A DNA stretch of 64,000 bases. It comes from Candidatus Omnitrophota bacterium (lineage in GTDB: Bacteria > Omnitrophota > Omnitrophia > Omnitrophales > Aquincolibacteriaceae). Under the pieces are notes generated by a model that saw only the letters and a list, made by a program, of their open reading frames with translations, ran no database searches and had not been told where the DNA came from. Position 1 is the first letter of the stretch, and each line of letters begins with the position of its first letter. The position numbers and the translations under genes are program-made. Positions 18,810 through 30,626 of this stretch are shown here, in pieces. Where the stretch lies: positions 799 through 64,798 of the forward strand of contig JAFGHI010000063.1 of the NCBI GenBank assembly GCA_016930235.1. The letters run 5' to 3'.

Positions 18810-20003
18810 ATGGAAGATTTAATTCAACCGCATGGCGGGAAATTGATTTCAAAAGAACTGAGCGGGGAGGAAGCGAAAGAGGGGGTAAGAAAAGCCAAGG
18901 AGCTTAAGAAACTGGAACTGGCTCCCTATGAGGTTTCGGACTTGGAGATGATCGCTTCAGGAGCCATGAGCCCCTTGGAAGGTTTTATGGGCCAAGAACA
19001 AATGCAGTCCGTTCTAAAAAGAATGCGGCTGCCCAGCGGGCTCGTTTGGTCTTTGCCTGTTGTAAAGTCTGTGTCCGGAGAGGAGAAAAAATCTCTGAAG
19101 GTGGGGGAAGAAGTCGGATTAATCGATGGGGAAAGCAGAGAGGTTTTGGCGATTCTGAAGGTTGCGGAAATTTTCCCTCATGATAAAAAAGTTCACGCAA
19201 ACGAGACTTACCAAACTGAAGATCCGGCTCATCCTGGTGTGGCGCGGATTCTTTCTATGGAAGAGTTCCTTGTCGGGGGGGACATCCAATTAGTCCAAAA
19301 ACCGAAACACACAAAGTTTTTGAATTATCGACGAGACCCCAAGGATACGCGGGCACTTTTTATTCAGAAGAAGTGGAAGCGGGTGGTGGCTTTCCAAACA
19401 CGCAATCCCATTCACCGGGCGCATGAGTATTTAACAAAATGCGCTCTTGAAATGACTGATGGCTTAATGATCCATCCTCTTGTCGGGCAAACTAAAGGGG
19501 ACGATATCTCCGCGGAAGTCAGGATGAAATGCTACGAGGTTCTGATGGAGAAATATTATGCCAATGACCGCGTGCTATTATCTGTTTTTCCCGCAGCGAT
19601 GCGCTATGCGGGTCCTAGGGAAGCGATTTTCCATGCCGTGGTCAGAAAAAATTATGGCTGCACACATTTCATTGTCGGACGGGATCATGCCGGGGCCTCC
19701 AAGCCGGACGGGAAACCTTATTATGGGTCATTTGATGCGCAGCTGATTTTTAACAATTTTGAGCCGGAAGAAATTGGGATCACGCCGATTTTCTTTGATT
19801 TTACTTTTTACTGCAAGACTTGTCAGGGGATGGTGTCTCCCAAAACATGCCCTCATGATAAAAGTCATCATCTCAGCTTAAGCGGGACCAAGGTGCGTGA
19901 AATGCTCCGCCAAGGGGAAATTCCGCCGCCCGAATTCACCCGCCCTGAAGTTGCCCGGATTTTGATCGAAGCGATGAAGGAAAAAAGCGCAGTAAGTTCG
20001 TAA
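18810..20003 (+). CDS. sat: Sulfate adenylyltransferase
   Basis: QPHGGKL, FQTRNPIHRAHEY, MRYAGPREA, HFIVGRDHAG. Confidence 0.97.
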   Translation: MEDLIQPHGGKLISKELSGEEAKEGVRKAKELKKLELAPYEVSDLEMIASGAMSPLEGFMGQEQMQSVLKRMRLPSGLVWSLPVVKSVSGEEKKSLKVGEEVGLIDGESREVLAILKVAEIFPHDKKVHANETYQTEDPAHPGVARILSMEEFLVGGDIQLVQKPKHTKFLNYRRDPKDTRALFIQKKWKRVVAFQTRNPIHRAHEYLTKCALEMTDGLMIHPLVGQTKGDDISAEVRMKCYEVLMEKYYANDRVLLSVFPAAMRYAGPREAIFHAVVRKNYGCTHFIVGRDHAGASKPDGKPYYGSFDAQLIFNNFEPEEIGITPIFFDFTFYCKTCQGMVSPKTCPHDKSHHLSLSGTKVREMLRQGEIPPPEFTRPEVARILIEAMKEKSAVSS

Positions 20004-20013
20004 GGAGGATCTT

Positions 20014-20970
20014 ATGACGACTGGTTCTGTAAAAATGTTTACGAAACCGCTGGTCGCGAAAAATGTTCTCGAGTTGATTTTTAACACGCCTTTGGTGAAA
20101 TTGAACAAGATTGTGCAGCCCGGAATGGCAAATGTTTTCGGTAAGCTTGAGTTTTTTAGTCCGGGCGGGAGCGTGAAGGACAGGATCTGCTATAGCATGA
20201 TTCGCCAGGCAGAAGAGAAGAACTTGATCAAACAAGATACGATTATTGTCGAGCCGACGTCGGGCAATACAGGGGTTGGATTAGCTCTGGTTTGTGCGGT
20301 CAAAGGTTATCGGTTGATTTTAACGATGCCGGAGACTATGAGCATTGAGAGACGGCAATTACTCAAAAGATATGGCGCTGAAGTCGTATTGACGCCTGGC
20401 GAAGAAGGGATGAAAGGGGCTGTCAAGAAAGCCGAAGAACTAACCCAGCAATATAAGAACAGCTTTATGCCTCAGCAATTCAATAATCCGGCCAACCCCG
20501 AAATTCATAAACAAACCACAGCCGAAGAAATTTTAGCAGCCTTAGATGGAAAAATCGATGCCTTTGTGGCAGGCGTTGGGACCGGCGGGACGATTACAGG
20601 GTGCGGAGAACTTTTTAAGAAGAAGAATTCAAAGATCAAAATTATTGCCGTCGAGCCAAAAAACTCGCCCGTGCTTTCAGGCGGCCAACCCGGCAAACAT
20701 AAAATTCAAGGGATAGGGGCAGGTTTTGTTCCTGAAGTTTTGAACCGCGAAATCCTCGATGAAATTGTACAAGTTGATGATCAGGATGCCTGGGATATGG
20801 CCATGGAGCTTGTGAAGCAAGAAGGTATTCTAAGCGGGATCTCCACAGGGGCGATTTTTGTTGCTGCGCTTAAGGTTGCTAAGGAGCTTGGCCCCGGCAA
20901 AAATGTCGTAGGCATTGTTTGTGACACGGGAGAACGTTATCTCAGCATGGACGAAGTTTTCCGGGTTTGA
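20014..20970 (+). CDS. cysK: Cysteine synthase A
   Basis: PGGSVKDR, EPTSGNTG, GVGTGGTITG, HKIQGIG, DTGERYLS. Confidence 0.96.
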   Translation: MTTGSVKMFTKPLVAKNVLELIFNTPLVKLNKIVQPGMANVFGKLEFFSPGGSVKDRICYSMIRQAEEKNLIKQDTIIVEPTSGNTGVGLALVCAVKGYRLILTMPETMSIERRQLLKRYGAEVVLTPGEEGMKGAVKKAEELTQQYKNSFMPQQFNNPANPEIHKQTTAEEILAALDGKIDAFVAGVGTGGTITGCGELFKKKNSKIKIIAVEPKNSPVLSGGQPGKHKIQGIGAGFVPEVLNREILDEIVQVDDQDAWDMAMELVKQEGILSGISTGAIFVAALKVAKELGPGKNVVGIVCDTGERYLSMDEVFRV

Positions 20971-20992
20971 ATTTAAGGGTGCTCCCCGATTT

Positions 20993-22045
20993 ATGAAAGC
21001 GTTTATATCGAATTTGAAAGAGCGGATTTTTACGGGCGGCGAAATCCTCTTTAACGAGGCCATGAAGCTTGCCGAGATTGCTGACGAACAGAGTTTTCAT
21101 CTCCTCCTTGAAACGGCCCACGATATCACTTCCCGGTTTTGTCCGAAGGAACCGGATCTATGTTCTCTTATCAATGCGAAGAGCTATCTTTGCGGCGAAG
21201 ACTGTAAGTTTTGTGCGCAATCGTCAAAATATCAAACCGGAGTTCATCGTTATCCCCTCATCACAGTTGACGAAGCGTTAGGGAAGGCAAAGCTCTTTGA
21301 AAAAGAGGGCGTCAAGACTGTTTGCCTTGTCACAAGCGGTGGCACCTTGAGCGAAAAAGAATATGAGCAAGTCCTTCGGATGATCGAGGCCATCAAGAAA
21401 GAAACAAGAATGGAGGTTGATGGATCTTTGGGATTTTTGTCTATCGAACAAGTCAAGCGTTTGAGAGAAACGGGATTGAGAAGGATTAATAATAACTTGC
21501 AATGTTCAAAGGAATTCTATCCGGAGATCGTTTCGACCCATCGCTATGAAAAACGGCTTGAAACCATGGATAACCTCCAAGAAGGCGGGATCGAAATTTG
21601 TTCGGGCGGAATTTTTAATCTTGGGGAATCCCGGGAGGACAGAATCCGAATGGCTTTCGAATTGAAACCTTTTCGGCCTAAGTGTTTGCCGATTAATATC
21701 CTGAATCCCAGGCCGGGCACGCCTCTTGAAAATCAACCCCGGATGGATCCTAAGGAGATTCTGAAGACAGTGGCCGTTTATCGGTTTATACATCCGACAG
21801 CAAATATAAAACTGGCAGGAGGCCGGGAAGTCAACCTTTCACTTGAGGAGCAGGCCCTTGCGCTTAGGGGCGGGGCTAATGGATTGGTCGTTTGCGGGTA
21901 TTTGACAACGGCAGGGAATCCGCTAGAAGAGGATATGGTATTATTAAGGCAAGCAGGCTTTGATACGGCAAGGCATCCCCGCGCATGCGGTCATGCTGGA
22001 GAAACTCAAGCGATACATCATTCAATTGGTTTATCAACATCTTGA
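20993..22045 (+). CDS. bioB: Biotin synthase
   Basis: CGEDCKFCAQS radical SAM motif, ICSGGI, PINILNPRPGTP, AGGRE, GYLTT. Confidence 0.95.
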   Translation: MKAFISNLKERIFTGGEILFNEAMKLAEIADEQSFHLLLETAHDITSRFCPKEPDLCSLINAKSYLCGEDCKFCAQSSKYQTGVHRYPLITVDEALGKAKLFEKEGVKTVCLVTSGGTLSEKEYEQVLRMIEAIKKETRMEVDGSLGFLSIEQVKRLRETGLRRINNNLQCSKEFYPEIVSTHRYEKRLETMDNLQEGGIEICSGGIFNLGESREDRIRMAFELKPFRPKCLPINILNPRPGTPLENQPRMDPKEILKTVAVYRFIHPTANIKLAGGREVNLSLEEQALALRGGANGLVVCGYLTTAGNPLEEDMVLLRQAGFDTARHPRACGHAGETQAIHHSIGLSTS

Positions 22046-22770
22046 ATAAAATTCTTTCCCAGAAAATCATTTTAATTACCGGCGGGACAAGTCAACTGGG
22101 TAGAATTTATGTGACAAAGGCCCTCGACGAAGGAGCTAAGGTTTATTTCACTTATTTCAAACAAAAAGATCTGGCCAAGGAGCTTTCCCAGAAAGGGGCT
22201 CATGGATTTGAGCTTAACCTTGCCGACACCCCAAGCTTGGATCAGTTTGTGAAATCCTTTAGGGAGAAGGAGAAATCCCTGGATGTTCTAATTCATAATG
22301 CGGCAGCTGTCCGGGATGGGATGATCCAAAATATGAGCGAAGAAGCTTGGGATTACGTTTTAAATGTGAATCTCAAAGCGCCGTTTTATCTTTCAAAAAA
22401 ATTGTTGCCGCTCCTTTTTCAAAGGAAATCGTCGAAAATATTTATGCTGACAAGTCGCTTAGCCCTTAAAGGGGCACCCGGCGTTGCAAATTACGCGGCC
22501 TCTAAAGCTGGGCTCATTGCAGTCGTAAAAACAATGGCCCAGGAGCTTGGTCGAAAAAAAGTTTTGGTGAATGCGGTCAATCCGGGATTTATGAAGTCCC
22601 CGATGACGGCGGATGCACCGGAGTCAGTGATTCGCCAAAATTTGCAGGATAGCTCGCTCGGCCAGTTTTCGAATCCTGAAGAGGTGGCAGATTTTTTGAT
22701 TTATTTGTGCTCGGATAAAATGACTCAGGTGACCGGCCAGGTTTTTCACTTTGATTCGAGGAAGATATGA
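22042..22770 (+). CDS. FabG-like short-chain reductase
   Basis: ITGGTSQLG, HNAA, NYAASKAG (YxxxK), VNAVNPGF; TTGA overlap with bioB. Confidence 0.88.
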   Translation: MNKILSQKIILITGGTSQLGRIYVTKALDEGAKVYFTYFKQKDLAKELSQKGAHGFELNLADTPSLDQFVKSFREKEKSLDVLIHNAAAVRDGMIQNMSEEAWDYVLNVNLKAPFYLSKKLLPLLFQRKSSKIFMLTSRLALKGAPGVANYAASKAGLIAVVKTMAQELGRKKVLVNAVNPGFMKSPMTADAPESVIRQNLQDSSLGQFSNPEEVADFLIYLCSDKMTQVTGQVFHFDSRKI

Positions 22771-23972
22771 GAAGAAGAGTTGTAATTACAGGAATGGGGG
22801 TTGTCTCGCCCATAGGAAATACGGCGGTAACTTTCTTAGAGAGCTTAAAGAATGGACGCTCAGGAGAAGGCGCCATTACAAGTTTTGATGCGACAAATTT
22901 CCCGGTCAAAAGAGCTTTTGAGGTTAAACAATTTGATGCAAAAAGATATAAGACCCACATGATGGATCCTTTCATCCAGTATGCCATGGGGGCGGCGACG
23001 GAGGCGGTTGAAGATGCCTGTTTTGATATGAATGCTGTAGATCATTTCCGGATCGGTTTGGCAATCGGCTCAAGCAAGGGGGGAGTTCACACCATTGATC
23101 GGTTTAAAGAGCGGTTTGAAAAACATCCGAGCGCCATTTTAGGGGCTCGGATTTACACTAATGCCGTTCCAAATTTTGCGGCTCAATGGATTGCCAGAAG
23201 ATGGGATATCGGAGGCCCGGCGAAATGTTATGTTGCAGCTTGCGCGACAGGGACAGTGGGTATTATCGAAGGTATCCGGATGGTTGAAGCCGGTGATGTG
23301 GATTATTGTCTTGCGGGGGCGAGCGATGCGTCGATTGTTCCTCTTATGCTGGCAGGGTATCGGAATATGAAGGCCTTATCGCCTGACGCGATCCGGCCCT
23401 TTGATCTTAGCCGTAACGGGTTCGTAATTGGAGAAGGAGCAGGAATTGTTTTTTTGGAAACAATTGAAAGTGCGCAAGCCCGGAATGCAGCAATTTACGG
23501 AGAAGTTGCCGGGTACGCTTATGGAAATGATTGTTATCACCCTGTTCAATTCGATCCTTGCGGAGATGCCTTGGCTCGAACGCTCGATCTTTTATTTAGG
23601 AAATGTGCGTTATCAAAAAGAGATGTTGATTATGTCAATCTCCACGGGACTGGAACAGTTGCGGGGGATCTTTATGAAGCAAGGCAGCTTCGAAAATTTT
23701 TTGGGGAAAAAACGGACAACATTTCGATGAGTGCGACAAAATCTATGACAGGGCACATGTTGGGAGCGTCGGGTGCTGTGGAATTGATTGCGGCCATCCT
23801 GGCCATAAAAGAGGATTTCGTTCCCCCAACGATCGGGATCGAGAAACAAGATCCGGAGTGTGACATCGATATCACTTGCCTTGGAGCAAAAGAGAGAAAA
23901 ATCAAGGCCGCTCTTTCCCTCTCAATGGGATTTGGCGGGCACATTGCGACGATTGCGATCAAGAAAATATGA
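22767..23972 (+). CDS. FabF-like beta-ketoacyl-ACP synthase
   Basis: RRVVITGMG, AACATG (catalytic Cys), RPFD, GEGAG, HGTGT, KSMTGHMLGASG, GFGG. Confidence 0.92.
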   Translation: MRRRVVITGMGVVSPIGNTAVTFLESLKNGRSGEGAITSFDATNFPVKRAFEVKQFDAKRYKTHMMDPFIQYAMGAATEAVEDACFDMNAVDHFRIGLAIGSSKGGVHTIDRFKERFEKHPSAILGARIYTNAVPNFAAQWIARRWDIGGPAKCYVAACATGTVGIIEGIRMVEAGDVDYCLAGASDASIVPLMLAGYRNMKALSPDAIRPFDLSRNGFVIGEGAGIVFLETIESAQARNAAIYGEVAGYAYGNDCYHPVQFDPCGDALARTLDLLFRKCALSKRDVDYVNLHGTGTVAGDLYEARQLRKFFGEKTDNISMSATKSMTGHMLGASGAVELIAAILAIKEDFVPPTIGIEKQDPECDIDITCLGAKERKIKAALSLSMGFGGHIATIAIKKI

Positions 23973-25123
23973 GTCCTCTAACCCTTCAAGAAGAACTGGC
24001 AGGAATTGCTTCCCAAGATTTATTCAGAAAGATTCGAACCCTCGAACGGATTGACAGTACGCGAGCGGTTTTAAACGGGCGCGAAATTCAACTTTTTTGC
24101 AGCAATGACTATTTGGGGCTTTCTTATCACCCCCGGATCATTGCGGTTGTTCAAAAAGCCGTTTCAATTTATGGGGTGGGGGCAGGCGCGGCGAGACTTA
24201 TTTCCGGGAGTACCAATCTTCATGAAAACTTGGAGAAGAGACTCGCGGAATTGAAACAGAAGGAAAAAGCACTGCTTTTTACAACGGGGTATCTCGCGAA
24301 TCTCGGGATTCTTACAGCGCTAGCTGGCAAAGAAGACATCATTGTGATGGATAAGTTATGTCATGCCTCGATTGTAGATGGAGCCCGGCTTTCAGGCGCT
24401 ACAATACGAGTTTTCCCTCACAAAAACTATGCGCGCCTGGAAGAAATCTTGTCCAAGGCAGTTTCGTTTAGAAGGCGGCTTGTTGTTACGGATACTGTAT
24501 TCAGCATGGATGGTGATTTGGCCGATATCCCCGAATTGATTCACCTAAAGAAAAAGTTTGATGCATTACTCATCGTAGACGACGCCCATGGCACGGGGGT
24601 TTTGGGAGCCACGGGCCAAGGAGCGACTGAGGATATCAACGGGGCAGAGGAAGTCGATATTGTGATGGGGACGCTTTCCAAAGCCTTAGGTTGTCTTGGC
24701 GGGTTTGCTTGCGGGAACAAAGCGCTTATCGATTATTTAATCAATTTTGCACGGCCTTTTATTTTTGCGACGGCATTGCCCCCCATGTGTTGTGCTGCCT
24801 CGATCGAAGCGATTAAGATTCTCAAAGAAGAGCCATTGCTACGAGAAAGATTATGGAACAATGTAAGCCTCGCTCGTGGGAACCTTAAGAATTTAGGGTT
24901 TGATTTTTCTCAATTGGCATCGCCGATTCTTCCCCTTATTGTAGGGGAAGAAAAAAGAGCTGTTGAAATATCGGAGTCTCTTCTTCAAGAAGGGTTCCTC
25001 GTTCCCGCTGTTCGAACCCCGACCGTCCCGCGGGGGAAAGCCAGGTTACGTCTTACGATTAGTGCTTCTCATACTCAACGGGATATAGAAAAGATTTGCA
25101 CTGTATTGAAAAAAACGCTTTAA
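23969..25123 (+). CDS. bioF: 8-amino-7-oxononanoate synthase
   Basis: FCSNDYLGL, HASIVDG, FSMDGD, DDAHG, GTLSKALG; ATGA overlap with the fabF-like gene. Confidence 0.95.
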   Translation: MSPLTLQEELAGIASQDLFRKIRTLERIDSTRAVLNGREIQLFCSNDYLGLSYHPRIIAVVQKAVSIYGVGAGAARLISGSTNLHENLEKRLAELKQKEKALLFTTGYLANLGILTALAGKEDIIVMDKLCHASIVDGARLSGATIRVFPHKNYARLEEILSKAVSFRRRLVVTDTVFSMDGDLADIPELIHLKKKFDALLIVDDAHGTGVLGATGQGATEDINGAEEVDIVMGTLSKALGCLGGFACGNKALIDYLINFARPFIFATALPPMCCAASIEAIKILKEEPLLRERLWNNVSLARGNLKNLGFDFSQLASPILPLIVGEEKRAVEISESLLQEGFLVPAVRTPTVPRGKARLRLTISASHTQRDIEKICTVLKKTL

Positions 25124-25219
25124 CATGGAGATATCTTGGATAATCAGACTCCAGCATGTCTTCTTATCTTTTGAAATATCATAGCCGGTAGTCTTAAAAG
25201 TAAAAGAAGGTAGCCTCTG

Positions 25220-25972
25220 ATGCGGCATATAGTTGTTTTGCCCTACTATTCGGATGAAGAAGTCCAGGTCTTCCATGAAATTGCAGACATATGGAAGGTG
25301 CTGACAAAGACGGAATGCGATTATACCTTTTTGCTTGTGTCTAGGTTTGACCGCAAACCCGATGAGGGATTACTGAGAAAATATTTAGAAATCGCACCGA
25401 CACAAAGTATTCGATCCACTACCGAGGGCCGAGGGATCAAAAAGCCTGACGTGGGATTTAAAGTTGAAGGGCCTACGGCGATGTTTTGGGATGCGGTTGA
25501 ATTTGTCAGCCAAAATTTTCCCCATGACGGAGGATTTATGCTTTGGTTTGAATATGATATGGTCCCTCTGGTCCCCGATTGGTTGGATCGGCTGGAAAAG
25601 GAGTGGAAAATCAGCCGGTACGTATTGATGGGGAAGTTGATTGACCGAGAATGGGCCAAAGAAAATATTCCTAGCCAATCAGATAATATCGTCAAACATA
25701 TCAACGGTGGGGCATGTTATTCAAAAGATTTTATTCGTAAAGTGCCTAAGCAAAAATTTAATATGGCAATGCCGTGGGATATGCAGGTTTATCGATATAT
25801 TTCTTCGTGGCATAATCGGTTCAGGCTTCGATATAAAACAACGAATTTGATCGAATTTCGCTATGCTAGTTCCTCATTGGAAAAGCCACCTTTACATGAT
25901 AGCGCTATCCTTCATGGGGTCAAGGACGGTTCAGCTCGGGCGTATATCCACGAGAAAGTCCAAAGTCCCTAA
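25220..25972 (+). CDS. Hypothetical protein, possible GT-A-like glycosyltransferase
   Basis: 250-aa ORF; WFEYDMVP, HINGGACY, PWD, LHGVKDGS spaced like GT-A motifs; no firm family. Confidence 0.5.
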   Translation: MRHIVVLPYYSDEEVQVFHEIADIWKVLTKTECDYTFLLVSRFDRKPDEGLLRKYLEIAPTQSIRSTTEGRGIKKPDVGFKVEGPTAMFWDAVEFVSQNFPHDGGFMLWFEYDMVPLVPDWLDRLEKEWKISRYVLMGKLIDREWAKENIPSQSDNIVKHINGGACYSKDFIRKVPKQKFNMAMPWDMQVYRYISSWHNRFRLRYKTTNLIEFRYASSSLEKPPLHDSAILHGVKDGSARAYIHEKVQSP

Positions 25973-26049
25973 GCCGTCACTCCTAAGCTGCGATCTTGTA
26001 GGTTCCGAGGAGATGCTGTAAGATACACACCTTTGGAGCCAATATCCCG

Positions 26050-26826
26050 ATGAAATTCACACAACAACGGTTAAGCCAGGTTCTCGATCGGAATCAGCAA
26101 CGGATCGCTGCGGAAAAGAAAATTCTGGGAGTTTTGGCTATTCTCAATTTGCTGGGCCTTGCGTTTTCAGTCTCAGTTATATTTTTTTATGTCCCCAGCC
26201 TGCCCGAACTTTTTTCTCCCCCGGCTCACGCGGCAATCGCCGTATTCATGTGTATGTTTGCAGCGAATTTGCTTTTGATCTGGATGATCATTCGATCCAG
26301 GCGTGCGTGGACCGATGCTGCGAAAAATATTGAATGCGATAAGCTGACAGGGGCTTTGCATTGGCGGAGTTTTCTTGAAGTTTTGGACGAAGAGGTGCGT
26401 CGGGCGGGACGTTATCGATACCCTTTAAGTTTATGTCTCTTAGATTTAGATGATTTTCAGTCGGCAAATAATAATTTTGGGACCACTCATGGGGATGAGA
26501 TCTTACAACGTTTCTCAAAATTCATGATGGGAACGGTTCGTTTTACGGATACGTTTGCGAGGTATGACCGGGATGAATTTCTTGTGCTTTTACCGCATAC
26601 CGATATCGTCAGGGCTCAGAAATTTGCTTCCCGTACTTTGATGCAGTCGATCGAGAGAATCGATAGCAGTTTCAGTGCCGGTCTGACGCTGTTTCAAGTC
26701 GGAGAGAAAAAAGAACAATTTTTAGAGAGGGCCGCCTTAGCGCTGAAGCAAGCCAAGCGGGAAGGGAAGAAAAGGATTCAATGTGTGATTGCTGAAGGAG
26801 GAATGCAAACGGCGCTGTCGTTATAG
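26050..26826 (+). CDS. Membrane-anchored degenerate GGDEF-domain protein
   Basis: Two TM helices, DKLTG, LDLDDF, RYDRDEF in place of RYGGDEF, SFSAG, AKREGK. Confidence 0.88.
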   Translation: MKFTQQRLSQVLDRNQQRIAAEKKILGVLAILNLLGLAFSVSVIFFYVPSLPELFSPPAHAAIAVFMCMFAANLLLIWMIIRSRRAWTDAAKNIECDKLTGALHWRSFLEVLDEEVRRAGRYRYPLSLCLLDLDDFQSANNNFGTTHGDEILQRFSKFMMGTVRFTDTFARYDRDEFLVLLPHTDIVRAQKFASRTLMQSIERIDSSFSAGLTLFQVGEKKEQFLERAALALKQAKREGKKRIQCVIAEGGMQTALSL

Positions 26827-26879
26827 GCATTCTGGGGTTTCTTCACAAGGAAGTTCATTAGAAGGGTTTCCTCGAAGAG

Positions 26880-27275
26880 ATGAAGAAAAAACGAATTATT
26901 GTATTATGCACGGTTGTGGCGGCTATTATATTTATCCCCTCGATGGTTTATGCTCAAGTGGGCGGAGTGAACATCCAACACGTCGCGGCAAAACAGAGGA
27001 CGCCCAGCAAATATGTGCTAACGGCCGAGCTTGTTAATGACAGCGGAGAAGATAAGGAAGTTATTTTAAGGGGGCAGATTACCTTTTATGACAAAGCCGC
27101 CCCCAAGGGTGATTTGCCGGTGACATCTGTGAGGAAAGATGTCTCGGTTGTTTTACGAAAGTACGAAACCCGGAATTTTGAGACGTTGCTAATCATAGAA
27201 GGAACCCCGCCGGTTGGTTCTCTTCGGATGGAACCCTCGCTTCGCATCCGACGTTCTCGCGAATGGAATTATTAG
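26880..27275 (+). CDS. Hypothetical exported protein
   Basis: Signal peptide MKKKRIIVLCTVVAAIIFIPSMVYA; beta-rich mature part. Confidence 0.7.
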   Translation: MKKKRIIVLCTVVAAIIFIPSMVYAQVGGVNIQHVAAKQRTPSKYVLTAELVNDSGEDKEVILRGQITFYDKAAPKGDLPVTSVRKDVSVVLRKYETRNFETLLIIEGTPPVGSLRMEPSLRIRRSREWNY

Positions 27276-27309
27276 ATTTCCCAAATAGGAGTAAGGGGAA
27301 TAAAAAAAG

Positions 27310-29449
<2,140 letters not shown>

Positions 29450-29505
29450 CGAAATAAAATCAGCATTCATTTCAAGCCGGATTAATCGTAAAGGGGGTAT
29501 CGTCT

Positions 29506-30609
29506 TTGGAATATCCTATGGGGAAAAAGAAAATTCTTGTTGCAATGAGTGGGGGGGTCGACAGCTCTGTCACCGCAGCGTTGCTTAAATACGATGGACA
29601 CGAAGTGAGCGGCGCGACCATGCGGACTTGGTCACTCGAAAAATGCGCCCTTGGACAAAAACAGGGGTGTTGCGGTATCGGCGGCGTTCAAGACGCTAGA
29701 GAAGTTGCTGACCGATTGGGCATTTCTCATTGGGTTTTCAATTTTGAGGATGAATTTAAGAATCAAGTGATGGACGACTTTGCTGAAGAATATCGGGAAG
29801 GAAGAACCCCCAATCCTTGCATTTCTTGTAATGAGCGTATTAAATTCAAACTTTTTCTTACTCGCGCTCGACAATTGGGTTTCGAGGCTATTGCCACAGG
29901 ACATTATGCGCAAGTCGACTATAGTCATCAAAGGCAGTCGTACTTTATTCGCGAGGGACGAGATGCGAGTAAGGATCAGTCCTACGTTTTGTATTCGTTG
30001 GATCAAGAGATTTTAAGCCATTTAGTCCTCCCGATAGGAAAATTTACTAAGAAAGAGATTCGCGCTACGGCCAAGACATGGAATCTCCCAGTTTGGACAA
30101 AGCCGGATTCACAGGAAATTTGCTTTGTCCCGGATCAAGATTATGCAAGATTTTTGATGGAGGAGTATGGGATCGCGTCATCCAAGAAAGGAGTGATCCG
30201 GACGAAAGACGGGAAGGTTGTTGGAGAACATGACGGGTATTTTCGTTTTACACGCGGCCAACGCCGGGGTCTGAGAGTTCCTTTTGGTCAAAGAATCTAT
30301 GTCGTGGAGACAAATCCTGAGACGAATGAGGTCATTGTTGGGACCAAACAGGAGGTTCTGAATCAAGTGTGCCTTGTCTCTCAAGTGAAATGGTTTTTAA
30401 GGCCGGATTTTGACAAAGAGGTCCGCGCTCATGTTAAAATACGGTATTTACATTCGAAAGCCCTTGCATCTTTGAACGATGCGGGAAATGGCTCTGTTCG
30501 GGTAGTCTTTGACAAACCTCAAGAAGCTATCACAAAAGGGCAAAGCGCTGTTTTTTATGAAGACGATCAGGTTATCGGAGGAGGGCGGATTGAGGAATTT
30601 TGGGATTAG
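29506..30609 (+). CDS. mnmA: tRNA 2-thiouridylase MnmA
   Basis: AMSGGVDSS, TPNPCISCN, ATGHY, KDQSY, DSQEICF, GQRRGL. Confidence 0.97.
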   Translation: MEYPMGKKKILVAMSGGVDSSVTAALLKYDGHEVSGATMRTWSLEKCALGQKQGCCGIGGVQDAREVADRLGISHWVFNFEDEFKNQVMDDFAEEYREGRTPNPCISCNERIKFKLFLTRARQLGFEAIATGHYAQVDYSHQRQSYFIREGRDASKDQSYVLYSLDQEILSHLVLPIGKFTKKEIRATAKTWNLPVWTKPDSQEICFVPDQDYARFLMEEYGIASSKKGVIRTKDGKVVGEHDGYFRFTRGQRRGLRVPFGQRIYVVETNPETNEVIVGTKQEVLNQVCLVSQVKWFLRPDFDKEVRAHVKIRYLHSKALASLNDAGNGSVRVVFDKPQEAITKGQSAVFYEDDQVIGGGRIEEFWD

Positions 30610-30626
30610 TTCAGTTAAAGGAAATT

